Positions 35,983-49,720 of a stretch of 64,000 nucleotides of DNA are shown here, in pieces. Where the stretch lies: NCBI RefSeq assembly GCF_006345805.1, contig NC_043007.1, forward strand, positions 45,880,001-45,944,000, given 5' to 3'. The notes beneath the pieces were generated by a model. That model was given only the letters and a program-made list of their open reading frames with translations. It was not told the DNA's origin and ran no database searches. The DNA comes from Octopus sinensis (taxonomy: Eukaryota). Positions within the stretch are counted from its first letter, which is position 1. The number at the start of each line of letters is the position of its first letter. Both the position numbers and the translations under genes were made by a program.

Positions 35983-36327
35983 ATACGTACATACATACAT
36001 ACACACATACATACATATATATATATATATAACCACACATGTTTTTTAATAAGGAAAAAATGTGGAAATATTGCTATAATCATGGAAGCTGGATCCAGGT
36101 GAGTTAAACATTACGCTTTCCCTTTACTGAACAAAAAATTAACAGCTGAACTAAAAGATATATATAATAAAAGCTTTTACTGTACAAAAAGCTTGAACCA
36201 ACATGTTACTCGTTAATTTTCGTTGTTCCCTTCCGTCCTTCTCACTTTTGTGATATGTATGTTCAAATTAATTATATATGCGAAACTCACCTTAAGAATG
36301 CGCAGACCAGTATAAGTACGTTGTATG

Positions 36328-36359
<32 letters not shown>

Positions 36360-36982
36360 CATTGAGAATAATAAGGTAGTCAGAATGTTGAATGATTATA
36401 TATATTATTATTTATATTTTTAGCGCTTTTTTTCCATTATCGGATTTCTTGACCTTTTTATATAACATTGAAAGTGATCATGTTTAAAAAAAAGAGAGTG
36501 AGTGAGAGAAAAAGAGAGCGAGAGAGAGGAGGGAGAGGAAGTGTGGAAGAAATTAGAAAGCAAGGTGCAGGGGTGAGAGAGGAGGAGAGAATGGGGATTA
36601 AAGAAAATCGAAGTAATGCTTTGGTGGTTTGCAGAGGAAGGGAAGAGAAAGAAAAAGTTTGAGAGGGGGGAAAGATGTGGCTTTTGTATCAGTGTGGTCA
36701 AACGTGCTTGATTCAATATATAAACTTTTTTTAGTGGGGTGGGGAAAGGATTGTTTGTATTCAAGTGGTCAAGATTTTTAATTGGAAGGTCAGATTTTGT
36801 TTTAGATTTTCTCCTGTGAGAATTGTAATTACATTTCAAGGTCTTACTTTTAAAAAAAATTCTTTTGTATTTATTAATGTAAGGGAGTGAAAATGTTTGG
36901 ATGAATGTTGTCTTTTTTATTTTTATTAAAATTGCAGATGTTATTTTTGATTTAGCTGTGCATAGCTATGTTTTTGAAAGCC

Positions 36983-37720
36983 CCTCTGGCGCCTTACTGA
37001 CCTCGACTTTGCCGTTGACATCGCGCTCTTCGGAGCGACACAAAGTGTCATTCGCACAATGACAGAGATTGGAACGGACTCGGCATAAGTGCAAACAAGA
37101 CGAAGATCACGTGTATTGGATATATCGATGAGAACAATAATGGCGTCCCTTGATGAGTGGACAGCACCAAATCGAGGACGCTAATGAGTTCGGGAAGGTC
37201 GCGGCTGTCTTTCAAAGACTCAAAACCATCTGGACAAGCAGAGCGTTCTCCACCAAGAACAAAGTGCACCTCTTCAACAGCATCGTCATACCATCGGCAA
37301 TAAGCGCTGCGGAAACGTGGAAGACATCGGCAAAGATTGCGCGAATGCTCAATGTATTTCAGCTACGATACCATCGGCGGATACTGCGAATGTCGTACCA
37401 GGACCACATAACCAACGACAAGATACACCACCGAACTGATACCCTTCCACTCCATGAGGTTGTCAGTGAGCGCTGCTTGCGATTCGCAGGCCATATCCTC
37501 CGGTGCGGCATGCGAAAACTGCCATTCTGTGGAAGACACCGCATGGTCAGAGAAAACAAGGGCTACCAAACCGACATGGCGCCGCACCTACATCGATTAC
37601 CTCAACGCCTATTTCAAGAGATGACGTTGAAATCGCTGCAGCTGACCGACCACGTTGGAAAAACCTTGCCGCCCAATACACCACAGCACGCAGGATGACC
37701 TATGACTAAGACTGTGTCCA
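36983..37720 (+). mobile_element. RTE-clade LINE 3' portion (RT C-terminus and thumb), degenerate
   Basis: LTDLDFAVDIALF (degenerate FADD), KVHLFNSIVIPSAISAAETW...RRILRMSYQDHITND...LRFAGHILR. GC-rich relative to its flanks. Confidence 0.85.
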
Positions 37721-38727
37721 CAGAAGAAGCAGAGAGACATAATTAATTAATATATCGCAACTTACAGACCACCTTAAATAAGTCAATAATAAATGCACTG
37801 ATATTTATCTTCAAACTGTCATTAATAGCAATTCCTGAAATTATAAGAGATTTCAGTAATATGAAACTAAATTTTAATTAACACGATTTGAATTTTGGTT
37901 TTGTAAATGGAACCAAAGTAGATTCTTCGGACTAGTCTTCGAATTTTTCATCATAAGATTGTCCTAATTTTTCTTTTCTTCCATGAAGAAACCTGTGCGT
38001 TTGTTTGAAAAATAGTATTCAATGCAGTTGACTTCAGTAATGGCTTCGGATTTAATAAAAGAAAAAAAAATGATTCCCCATGTTTCAAAGTAATTACTAT
38101 CCTCAGAAGTCAATCATCCGAAAAGAGAGGTGGGAAAAAGCAATAACGTTATAGATGCTGGAAGTTGACTTGAATGAGAAATAAAGTAGCCAAAAAAGAC
38201 AGAAATATACATAAATAGCTACGTACACACGCGCAGCGTGTGCAGAAAATGAGGCCAAGAGAGAAAGAGTGATTGGGTGTGTGTTTGTGTCAGTGAGACA
38301 GTAGGAGAGAGAGAGTGAGGAAAAGAGAGAGAGAGAGGCAGAGAGGCAGAGAGAAACAAACTGATATTGAGAGAGAGAAAGTGTAAGAGAGAGTGAGAGA
38401 GTGATTGAGGGAAAGAGAGAGTTTTGACATAGAAGTTTCAAAGTAATTCATATGAAAGACTACATCGAAAAATCAAACACAGAAGACCAAACATTAAAGG
38501 TGAAATGTTTTGTTTAACATCACAAGAGTTCACCAATGAAAACAAAAAATAAACAAAAACAAAGAAAGTGAAACCAAAAGACAGAAAAATATTCGAAGCA
38601 AGCAAGAGAAAAATAAAGTGAAAACAACAGAAAATAACTGGTTCTCTTCGTGAATAACGAAAAGATATCGGAGAAGTAGCAATACTGGCAGTAGTCTGTC
38701 GATAGTAATAAGATCAGAATTTCGAAA

Positions 38728-38728
<1 letters not shown>

Positions 38729-38806
<78 letters not shown>

Positions 38807-38808
38807 GC
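38729..38808. repeat. (TAC)n microsatellite
   Basis: Visible triplet run. Confidence 0.95.
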
Positions 38809-38961
38809 CGCTGCCACTTCTGCTAGTTATTTTAGCGTTAGAGATTTGGACAAACTGCTTTGTATTTCTTCCGGTTCTTTTCCATTTGGGTTCTATTTCA
38901 ACAGAGACCGATTTTTGACATTCATCCTTTCGAGTGATGATAGGTTAAAAGTATCAAAGCC

Positions 38962-39140
38962 TGGATGAGTGATAAGAAGCTTGCTTTCAGAATCACCTGG
39001 TCAGTTTCACACCCACTGCGTGGCACCTTGGGGAAGTACCTCGAGTCGACCAAAAGACTTATGACTGGATTTAGTAGGCCCAAGCAAAAAGAAACCCGTT
39101 GTGTATGTGTGTGTGTGCGTGTATGTGCATGTGTGTGTGG
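38962..39140 (+). mobile_element. 5' half of SINE family A, degenerate
   Basis: agcttgct...cccactgcgtggcaccttggg...tcgaccaa..acttatga.tggattt.gtag...aagaaaccc matches the head of the 47561-47980 copy. Confidence 0.7.
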
Positions 39141-40872
39141 GCGTGTGTGCGTCTTTGTCTGTGTATATAAAAATATATAGGGATATCACAGTTAATTTAA
39201 AACAATATCAGTGGCTAGCATGCTTAAAAGAACCCCCCAAAAAATTATCAATTAATAATTAAGGGTACTACTAGTATTACCAGCATCCTAATGATGGCAG
39301 TCAAGCGACTCAAAAGCATAATTTCCACTTGTACATAAGGGCGAAATCTAGGGGATGAGCAATAAAATTTTAAGATATATATGTCAAAGTAAAATCCAAA
39401 AATAAAGGTGTAGTCAGTTATTAAGCTACGGGCAGTCCGAAGAAGGTATAAGAAAAAGCTTTCAGGAGCAGTAGTAGTTTATTGACGTGAAGTTCGATGA
39501 GCTGAAAAAAGTTTTTTATAGTTCATAGGTAGCAGCTGGTGTTGCTGTGTATGCAAATAAACGTCCCAAATTAGGGAATTGTAGACAGCCTAACTTACAC
39601 AATTTTACCCTGTCTGCCAGTAAGGAAATATTCGAGCAATACGCTTAATAATATAACTGCACTCTACAACGCACCGGATATAAAAATCGGATCGAATACG
39701 TTCCTATATGGTGCGTCCCTCCTACTAAACTCGGCACCATAGATATATCGGCACCTGTAGATAAAACACGAATTATCTCACATAATCTACCGTCTCCCTT
39801 TCCCCAAAAATTTTACAGTAGTAGAAAACCTAATAGGCATTCTTCCCACTCTGTTCCTGGATCCCGAATCCGCCGCAAAATCAACATTAGTGTGCACATC
39901 CTTACTTCAAACTATACTCGGGTAACCCTCTTAACCGGAATAAACGGACGAGGACACGCGTCGTTATTTGGTAAAATCCCATTTTGCCCTTAATGTTCAA
40001 ATCAGCGTGCCAAAATACTTTTTCTCCACACATGAGAACGGAAATGGTCGCTCAAGTATGTATGACGAAAGATTTCCGGAGAATAGACATGAGTTAAAAT
40101 AAGAACATTAATTAACTAGTGAAGAAGGAATATATAGTGCGTGTGTTTATTTGATATTTAAAAAATGACTATCCCGAAATACAGCAATATTTAAATACAG
40201 TTTTCCAGTAAATATACAAAGTAAAATTAAAGAAAAAACAACAAAATGAACATGCGATTTTAGTTGAAGTTCTTTGCTACTATTACTTAACGTGGCAGTC
40301 TGTACTTTTACTCATGTGATAGGATCGATATGAATACTAGAAGAATGGTTATATTGGTTGAAATGAAAAAAAATTATGAAAGTAGTAAGGGTTGATGAAT
40401 AAATGATTGTTATGTACCTATATTATGAAATTTACATGTAATTGATGTAATGCCTACCGCAGCAGTTGTAGTGTCGGTTGGCAATACACATATAAAATGT
40501 AAACATGCTATTAGTGTGAAATTATCCATGAATTTTAAATATTTGACTTTAGAAATGGAAAGGTAAATGAATGAGTGTAATATAGCATATTGAATTGGAT
40601 GAAGACGTTTCTCGGAATATGTGCTATGTTTTCATTGGTACATGGTTTGACACTCTGTTCTATACAGGGAGGTTATTATATCTATATTCTGTTAAATATT
40701 TCATAAAACCAAATAGAATTGAAATATTGAAAGGAGCTGATTGAGCAGCAGTTGAAACGTGGATATGAATGGGCATATGAAATCTTTCATATTTTTATTA
40801 GTAGATAAATAATTGTATGCCTGATACTGTGTAGATAAATAATATACACACGCACACACTATGTTTTGTGCG

Positions 40873-40929
<57 letters not shown>

Positions 40930-41072
40930 AATTGCGAAGATAATCTGACTGAAGAAAGAAAACTTCGAATGACCCGTCCTTGTTTTCTTTGTATCGTCTA
41001 TCTGTATGTTTTTTCCCCCCTATTTTTGTATCACATAACTGTCAGAATGTTTTGCGTTCTTCTCCCATTTTG

Positions 41073-41120
<48 letters not shown>

Positions 41121-41518
41121 CGTATCTATGTATATATGTGAGTGTGCATGTGCGCGTGTGTACGTGTGTTTGTGTGTGTGTGTGTCTGAGTGTGTAATGA
41201 TATGTAATTTCAAGATCGAAGGATCTAGGTGCTGAATGTTAGTAAGGTTTGAGCAGTCCATAGTAGGAATGATAAACAACTTTTGGAACAATAATAATTT
41301 ATTGGCGTAGATCGCCGTAATTTTTTCCTACTTCGAAGTTCGATAAGGTGAAGAAAGCATTCTTATAGTTCACCGTCAGCAAGTAGTGTTACTATGAATG
41401 CGAATAAAAATCCAAATTGAGGAAATTGAACAGGTAAAATCTAGGCTTCGTAAAATCCAAGCTATCTACGAAAGATATGCAGCCGGGATTTTACCTGCTC
41501 CAATTTGTGTGTGTGTAT

Positions 41519-41560
<42 letters not shown>

Positions 41561-41833
41561 AAAATGTGTAGAGGTAACACACGAGTAAGTACATATTTAT
41601 GAAAAAGAAGAACGAAAATACTACTTTCTTATAGTTGGATACATTTTAATTTTCCTTTATATAAATACATTAAAAGGAGAATATTTTGGTTTTGCTTCAC
41701 ATGTTTCGGTTTTGAAACACCTCATTAAAAATATGTACTAAAATGTAAAACGTAAAGTGTGACGAAAGATTATAGATCCGAAAGCGCTCAGCAACAAAGC
41801 TATACACACACCACACGCCACCAGTCAGTCCCC

Positions 41834-41835
<2 letters not shown>

Positions 41836-41886
<51 letters not shown>

Positions 41887-41901
41887 ATATCTATCTATCT
41901 A

Positions 41902-41982
<81 letters not shown>

Positions 41983-42050
41983 GTCTTTCTGTCAGTCAGT
42001 CTGTCTGTCTGTCTGTCTGTCTTTCTGTCTGTCTGTCTGTCTGTCTATCT
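41836..42050. repeat. (TCTA)n/(TCTG)n microsatellite
   Basis: Visible tetranucleotide runs. Confidence 0.95.
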
Positions 42051-43246
42051 GCTTGTTTCTCAAAAACCGCTAGACATTTTAAACTTTCTAAACTTTTGAA
42101 CCTTTGAACATTGAAAATTCAAAAATAAAAGAAAAAAACTTCCAGGGTTTTTTCAGACGATGATTTCCAAAGACCCCCTCACTGTTTACTGTTGATATAA
42201 TATCTTTGTATTAATACCTCTGCTTCTCGTTAGCTTTTCATTTTAATTTCGATTTTCTAATTTCATTTTCTAATTTTTAAGAATGTTTTTTTTTAATATT
42301 ATTCGTATTTTGTTTTCATTTTTCATTTTTTCAATTTTTCATTTTGTTTGTTCTCCACGGCTTCCCCTTCATTCCTTAACTCTACCATCTTTCACTCTTA
42401 GACTTTGGTTTCCCCATCGATAAATCGCTAACCCCAAAAGTATCACCACCTCTACCTGTTCCTTCTTCCCTCTTAGCTAAGATTTACTTCACTTGGAAAA
42501 GCACCTCTTCTCACCATCCTCTACGGCGTCACCCTGTTATCTCTTGGAACTAGATTTGGAATAAACCCATTTCTGTGGTGATGTGGGTTTTAGGTTTTAA
42601 CTTTTCTTGTTAATGATTTTTTTCTTGAACATTTTCAACAACTAAATGTGTACAATTTACACGTACCATTAACTTGGAAAATTGCACGTAGGCAGATAAT
42701 TATAGCATTAGTCTTGAAAGCTAATATATGTGATGGCAAACCCAAACCGTTAGTGCATTTATGTTTTCTCTGTGAATTCTGAATGGTCATCCTGTTGCGA
42801 ACATCAGTCATGGCTAAACGAAAACATTTCCGGAAAAAAAATTATCATTTCCTCATTGATTAGCCCAGCATCGACATTTTTTGATACCGGAGCTGCAATT
42901 TTTGAAAATTTTTCTTGCTTTGCAAAGCATTTCCATGAAATTTCCACTAAAAGTATAGCACCTTAGTCATTGAAATCATAAACAATGTTGCATCCCTGGA
43001 ATATAATAATTCCACTATTTGCTTCTTCTACTAACGAAACACTTCATTTGAGCGACTAAGTATTTTAAACTGAATTCTTTAAATTCTAACTGCCTGAATG
43101 CTGCGGTATTTTCAAGTTAAAGGAAAGATGGAGACGCATTGTGCAACAAAATGGTTAATGTTTGGTTGATTAAAATGCAATGGCAAATATTTATTGACCT
43201 TTTTCTTTCATTTAAAAATCGGCACGAACTTTCCGAACAGCCCAAC

Positions 43247-43333
<87 letters not shown>

Positions 43334-43604
43334 AGACAAGAATTTAAATTCTGGTCATCGATTTACCAAAGACTTCCTGTCCACGAAAGCCAAAATTGAA
43401 AAGATCCTCACCTTGAGTAAAAGTAAATATAGGAGGATCATATTACCGTCTCAGATATACATACTTATTGCAACCGTGCTTCAGTTTTTCTAACGCATAT
43501 AAAAGAATTGGGACGTTTGAGTTTGAAACCATGCCTTTTGTGATACTCTTAAAGACAAGAATCTTTCAGCACCCCATTGTATGTATAGATAGATAGACAA
43601 ATGT

Positions 43605-44505
43605 ACTAGCCTACGTAGACGGTAATTCCCGGGAATGCGGGGTTATCCCTTGCTTCCATTCTCATAATTGTTTCACTAATCCAATAACAAGAATACAAAG
43701 TATGTGGCCCTTAAAACGGTTTTTGTGCATTTACAGAGAATACCGTACTGTCTTACACAGGATCTTGTTTTTAGGAATTCCCAATGAGTTACGAATACCC
43801 AAATTGTGAAGTCAGTTATGTAATAAGATGAAATTAGCTACCCGATAGTAAGAATTCCAATAAAGCAGCTCCGAAAAGGGCTTTAATGCGTTCTCAGATT
43901 ATATAGAACATATGAGGAAATACAAATAAGATATGTATACTAAAATCGTGAAGTATGTTACGTAATAACAGGATAATCATATATGAGATAATAACAATTC
44001 AAAGTAAATAAGTCTGAAAAGGGCTTTTGTGAAAAGCACCTCAGGGGCGCTAGTGTTGGTATATTCATGAATAAGTCACTATCCGAAATAAGTGGGTCTA
44101 TTGTTTAGGAAAATACTATATACTTGTTTAACGACTGTGCAGGATAAATTGCAAAAAATAACTCTAACAGATCAAATACTAAGAAATAAACATACTCAAT
44201 TTCATTTTTACCAAACAATTTAGGAAAATGAATGGGCTATTTCCCTTGGCTACATATAAGGATCCCTTTCCGGGGTGAATGGCTTATTTCCCTTGGTTTT
44301 TAAAATAAAATATATTAGATTTATATAAGGATCCCTTTCAGGGACCCTATTATCAATTTTTCAACAGAGTATGCCCTGAGGTTTCCAGACATGAGTTCTA
44401 CTCAAGTGTCAAGTTTCGCCAAAATCGATAAAACGATATAGGGAGAGTTAGCTAACATCTCCACAAGCACGCCTACAGAGAGAATTTCCCACATATGTAG
44501 TAGAT
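43605..44505 (+). mobile_element. putative non-autonomous Helentron/DINE-1-like element
   Basis: Starts T|ACTAG with a CCCGG..GCGGG short inverted motif, has internal short direct repeats (GAATGG.CTATTTCCCTTGG...ATATAAGGATCCCTTT x2), an AAGTTT..CAAAATCG motif near the 3' end, and ends ...TAGAT. Confidence 0.4.
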
Positions 44506-45393
44506 GTACAAACATACACATACACATACAAGTCTTCGCTCAAAAGTGATACCGGTAAGTTTGTAACTTTTCTTAATATCAGTCTGTAGCGACTATGAAC
44601 GAGTAATATAGCTAACTCCTCGTAAAGGATCTTTCAAAATTGTATGATTGATGAAAATTTCAATATCGCTGCACTGCACAATTTATATATTCTCATGAGC
44701 GTATTTTAGACAGGAATTGATTGTTTGATTGTCCCACGTCTATATATATATATATATATATATCCTTACTAAACAAGGATAATATTAAATCTATCTTATG
44801 ACTTTCTAAACGAATATACGAAATTTATTACGATTAAATATTCACATATATGATATATTTCATGGATATGCCATCACGCTCATACACACAAGCACGCACA
44901 CACACATATCTACGTACATGGACACACACATACACACACCATAAACACACACTCATATAAAGAAACACGCTTTCACGAACTCAAAAGCACATACGCACAA
45001 GCGTACACACATATATATATGTACATACATAGCTATCATCCAAGCATCCATCTAGCCATTCATCCATCCAACACATATAAATACGAACGTATATACATAG
45101 ACACACAGATACACATGCACACACACACACTCACACACACACAAACACACACACACAGATATATTGTAAATAGAATCATATGACTTCACCATATATTGAC
45201 TACTGAAAATAATATAATATAAGGGCATATTATCGCCGTTACCGAAAAAGATTGGGTGTTAGTAAGCTTGTATTTGGTTTCGACGCTTACAAATGTTCAT
45301 TTTGTTTCCATTAGGCCGTAATGATTGCCATGCCCTAATATTAGACTATTTTCTGTAGCCAATATGTGGTGAAAGCTAATGATTCTCTGGTAT

Positions 45394-45437
<44 letters not shown>

Positions 45438-45759
45438 TATCCCCCCCAAAAAAAACAACCCAAAAAATAACAACGCGAGGATGTCTATTCTGTGTATTTA
45501 TTTATGTATATATACGTATATATATGTGTGTGTGTATATGTGTATATCTATCTATAAATCTATAAATATATACATACCTACAAATATATGTATTTGGAGT
45601 TATGTATGTATGTGTGTGTATGCACGTATATATGTATGTATATATCGGTCTATCTATCTGTCTGTCTGTCTGCATGTATGTCTGTCTGTATGTCTGTATG
45701 TCTGTCAGTCTGTCTGTATGTCTGTCTGTCTGTCTCACTTTTGTCTTAATACAGTCTGC

Positions 45760-45890
45760 TGTGTCTGGGGAGTCATTCTCTTTTAGTGACTTATAATTTA
45801 ACACACTCACCAGTAAAATTTCCACTCATTTATTTATTTATTTTTCTAAAATTTTCCTTGCATCCTGCAACCTTTTAAATAGTTTTGACC
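45760..45890 (+). mobile_element. single arm of the fold-back element family at 24128-24355
   Basis: gtgtctgggg..agtcatt...aacacactcacc.gtaa.atttcc...ctaaaattttc.ttg..tc.tgcaa. Confidence 0.75.
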
Positions 45891-46689
45891 CTGTCCGTTA
45901 TTCAAGTTGCGTTCTTTTTGTTTGTTTGTGCGCATGTATGTGGGTCAGTGTGTTTGTACATACACATGTATGTATGCATGCATGTAAATCTGTGCATGCG
46001 TGTAGCAAGTTTATCCGGGATTTTTTGAAGGAATTTACTGAAAAACTTCTTGAACTTTGTGGGGTCTGTTTCTACTTTAATGTGTTTTGTTCTAATGTTA
46101 AAGAGAACAGAGCCAATAGAGCAAAAATAATTATTGCCGTATTGTTGTTACGTGATTTTTGTTGTGGGCAGATACCACGGGGCCCAAGTCTTGGGTGTAT
46201 CTTAAAGGCGATGCCAACATAATTTGGGCAATGCTGATGGAATATTTTCCACATCATGTGGATAATGTAGCACTCATGGCAGCGTTGGAGACATTAAAGC
46301 TTGACCTTTTCTAGTCGACCCCAATGGTCAAGGCCTGTCGGCGAATGCTGGTACCTATTCTGAATTTTAATAAAACTCCATGGTAATCGCTTTCTTCACA
46401 TATTCATTTTTCTAAAAATTATAGTTAATATATTAATTGTAAGTAGTTTAAAATAGGGAGTTACTTTTCAATCACACTGTATATATATGTGTATCTGCTC
46501 TTTGTATATGTGTAAGTGGTTTTATACCTATATGCTTTGTATATAACCGTATTTAAATATATAAGTGTTCATATACCTATTTATGACTGTGTGTATGGGT
46601 TTTTGTGCTGTCCAGCGTCCCTAGTTACCTATCTTTCGAATAAGTCTGATTTTCACACTTTTATATCTGGAATTTTTACAATTTTACCA

Positions 46690-46735
46690 TATTGAAATAA
46701 ACCAGTACTTTCATGTATTATGCAATCTTCAGTTT
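46690..46735 (-). other. degenerate copy of the 29636-type hammerhead motif
   Basis: Minus strand CTGAAGA TTGCA-TAA-TACAT GAAA GTACT G; stem I and the cleavage triplet are broken. Confidence 0.45.
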
Positions 46736-47560
46736 TCTGTAGTGATAACTAATGAAATGATTTTATATTTCTTTTAAATCTCCGACGACAGGCTGAATCT
46801 TATGAACTGTATTTCAACCACTCAATATGCAGCTTAGACACCATGGTTTGATGGGCACGTCAAGGATTCTTTACTTTGAACGCACCTAAAGGATTAATCG
46901 TCTGGAATAATTTGGAATGTTGTAAACAACATTCCTGTTTTAATTGAATTATAGTGTTACTATTCCAGAAATTTTTACATTTCAATCGAGGCAATGATTA
47001 TATGGTCAACACTACTACCATCCTCACCCTCACCTTTACTATTGTTGCTGTTAGCGGTAGCGATAGTAGAAATAGGAAAAGCAGTCGTACTTATTATTAT
47101 TATCACCAACATCATTATAATTATCTCTATTACCATAACTCTCCATTTAAAACATTTGAATTCATGAATAAAATTCTTTTCTCAGACCTTTCTCTTTACT
47201 TCACTCGGGTCGCGTAGTTTGTAAAATGGAAATATAATAAACTTTTTCAGATTCCATGTTGCCATATGGTTGCTTGAAGGGCTCTGACGAACATCAGGCT
47301 CTCTAATTTGCTGTTGTGTACACGAGAAAGGTCCCGATATATATGTCTCTACAGATACTTATGTATAGATTTCTGATCATACACTTACGCGAATGTGCAT
47401 TTTGTTATTGTGTATAGGTATGTGTTATCTACGTATTTAGTTGTATAGTATGACTTATACTTATGTATATATACATATGTTTGAGTGTGTACCACTGTCT
47501 CTGTATGGCATGTATGTATATTAATAGAAATATGCATATACAGTTATATGGGTGTGGTTA

Positions 47561-47980
47561 CTCTTTTTTACTCTTTACTCTTTTACTTGTTTCAGTCATT
47601 TGACTGCGGTCATGCTGGAGCACCGCCCTTAGTCGAGCAAATCGACCCCGGGACTTATTCTTTGTAAGCCCAGTACTTATTCTATCGGTCTCTTTTGCCG
47701 AACCGCTAGGTGACGGGGACGTAAACACACCAGCATCGGTTGTCAAGCAATGCTAGGGGGACAAACACAGACACACAAACATATACACACACACTTATAT
47801 ATATATATACATATATACGACAGGTTTCTTTCAGTTTCCGTCTACCAAATCCACTCATAAGGCATTGGTCGGCCCGGGGCTATAGCAGAAAACACTTGCC
47901 CAAGATGCCACGCAGTGGGACTGAACCCGGAACCATGTGGTTGGTTAGCAAGCTACTTACCACACAGCCACTCCTGCGCC
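47561..47980 (-). mobile_element. full-length tRNA-derived SINE, family A (~420 bp)
   Basis: Minus strand starts GGCGCAGGAGTGGCTGTGTGGTAAG (A-box) ... GGTTCAGTCCC (B-box), has an internal TA/TG microsatellite, and ends in an AAAAGAGT-type tail. Confidence 0.9.
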
Positions 47981-48611
47981 TATGTTGTGTATTTTTAGCT
48001 TATTAATTTTTTTATATTTAGTATGTTAATGCTTATAGGTGTCTGCCTCTTAGCTGGGTGTGTTGATTTCAATGCAGTTTGCCCTTTAAACCACTTTGAA
48101 AATAACTGTGGTTCAAAATCATAACTTGGTTTGATTTACATATTCTCAGCTGTCTGTTCCCAACTGAACTCGTGTATATTATTACTTTGTGCTTATATAT
48201 ATTTCCCGTTCCTGTCTTTACATTAAGAGTAGGCTAGATCCAAAACTTACATCTTAATTGATAAGATACAAATGTATTTAATATTTACATTTATTCTTTA
48301 ATGGGAATATCAATCTAATTTTTTCCATTAACGGTGTTACATACAATATATATGTATATAAGATAACTCTGTTTGTTGAATCATTGGTGTAGCCACTACG
48401 ATCTGGCGATCTGAAGAGCTAGCCTTCTATATCTGCATTTATTTGTATTTGTACAATTGTACCGCGTAAAGTAGAGCATGATTATGTGTGCAGGTATGCA
48501 AAATGATTTATTATGCACTGAAATTGTTATTAATTGATTAAGACTGCGTAACGTTCGTAATCCTACGGATATCAAGTCTTGATTAAGACTTCTGATTTTC
48601 ATTGTCTATAT

Positions 48612-49213
48612 ATTGGGTTGGCAAATAAGTTACCTCAATTTCTTTTTAATTTTGGAATTTATTGCGTTTTTACATTTGGATCAGTGTGGAATTTATTTTG
48701 GCTTCTTTTCTAGTTAATTTTAGTTAATTTTTGTTTATTCACAGATCATTAAAATGGCATGTCAAGTTAAGAAAAATGAGCATCTTCGATACCGCCTTCT
48801 GTTTCCTTTTAATCAAGGTTCTGAGGCTGCAAAAGCTGATCGCGACATTTGTGCTGAGTATGGGGAGTGTGCTATAGCTGAAATAACCGCTCGTGATTGG
48901 TATGCCAAGTTCAAAAGTGTGGAAATTTTGACCTCAAATACGCACCGCGTTCTGGCCATCCAGTTGAGTACGATGAAGAGTGATTATACCAACTTTTGTG
49001 CGAAAATTTTCGTTAAACTACACGGGAACTTGCAGAGAAAAGGGAATGCTACCACACTGCTATAGAGAAGCATCTTCACTCGATGGGAAAGGTTCAGAAG
49101 TATGGAGCATGGGTTCCGTATGCTTTAAGTGACAACAAAACAATCAACGAGACACAATCTCCGCTGGTTCGCTTGCTCGTCCCCGCTCAACCCATGGACA
49201 CAAAAAGAGATTT
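48612..49213 (+). mobile_element. mariner (Tc1/mariner) transposon 5' half
   Basis: TA followed by a TIR-like TTGGGTTGGCAAATAAGT; transposase N-terminus MACQVKKNEHLRYRLLF...WYAKFKS/GNFDLK..PRSGHP...TTRELAE...HLHSMGKVQKYGAWVPYAL (WVPHEL motif). No catalytic domain or right TIR. Confidence 0.88.
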
Positions 49214-49214
49214 C

Positions 49215-49720
49215 AGTCCCTGAGTAAAACGATTATGTGCAAGGGAGGTAAGTAGTTCTGGATTTAGTGTAATTAGGGGAGATATAGATCTGTAATGTGA
49301 ATGGTGTATGGGATGTATGGGGGTTAGTGGTATTTCTTGAACGGTTAGTATTATGTTATGTGTTCATATTGAGTTGTGAAAATATTTATTGATGAAAGGT
49401 GCCTCTTTATTCATTCTTTGTTGTACTGAGGTGTTCTGTGAACATTGAGAGAAGGGGAAATTTAGGAAATTAGGATTAAGATTCCTAGCATATCATTCTA
49501 TGTGTTCCCTAACCTGTATCTGTCTGTATTGTTGGTGGTCGATTTGTTCTTTGTGGAGAGTGGTTCTTCGGCGGAGTGGTTCTTCACGTGTAATGTATGC
49601 CATTACATGCTTAAGGTGTGGTAATAATTATGTTGGCCAAACAACAATATCTCAACGTGACTCGTACATAAACTACCCAATACCGGTTATCAAGCATTAA
49701 GAGTTGAGAGACACAGACAC
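49215..49720. mobile_element. Penelope fragments in opposite orientations
   Basis: 49560-49700 (+) gives SSRVMYAITCLRCGNNYVGQTT (GIY-YIG). 49215-49560 (-) weakly resembles the PLE thumb/linker. Confidence 0.55.

Noticed and set aside
42760-42970. Minus-strand peptide RKCFRLAMTDVRNRMTIQ resembling kinase subdomain XI
   Set aside because: It needs a frameshift to join the upstream sequence, no other kinase motifs are present, and chance is likely.
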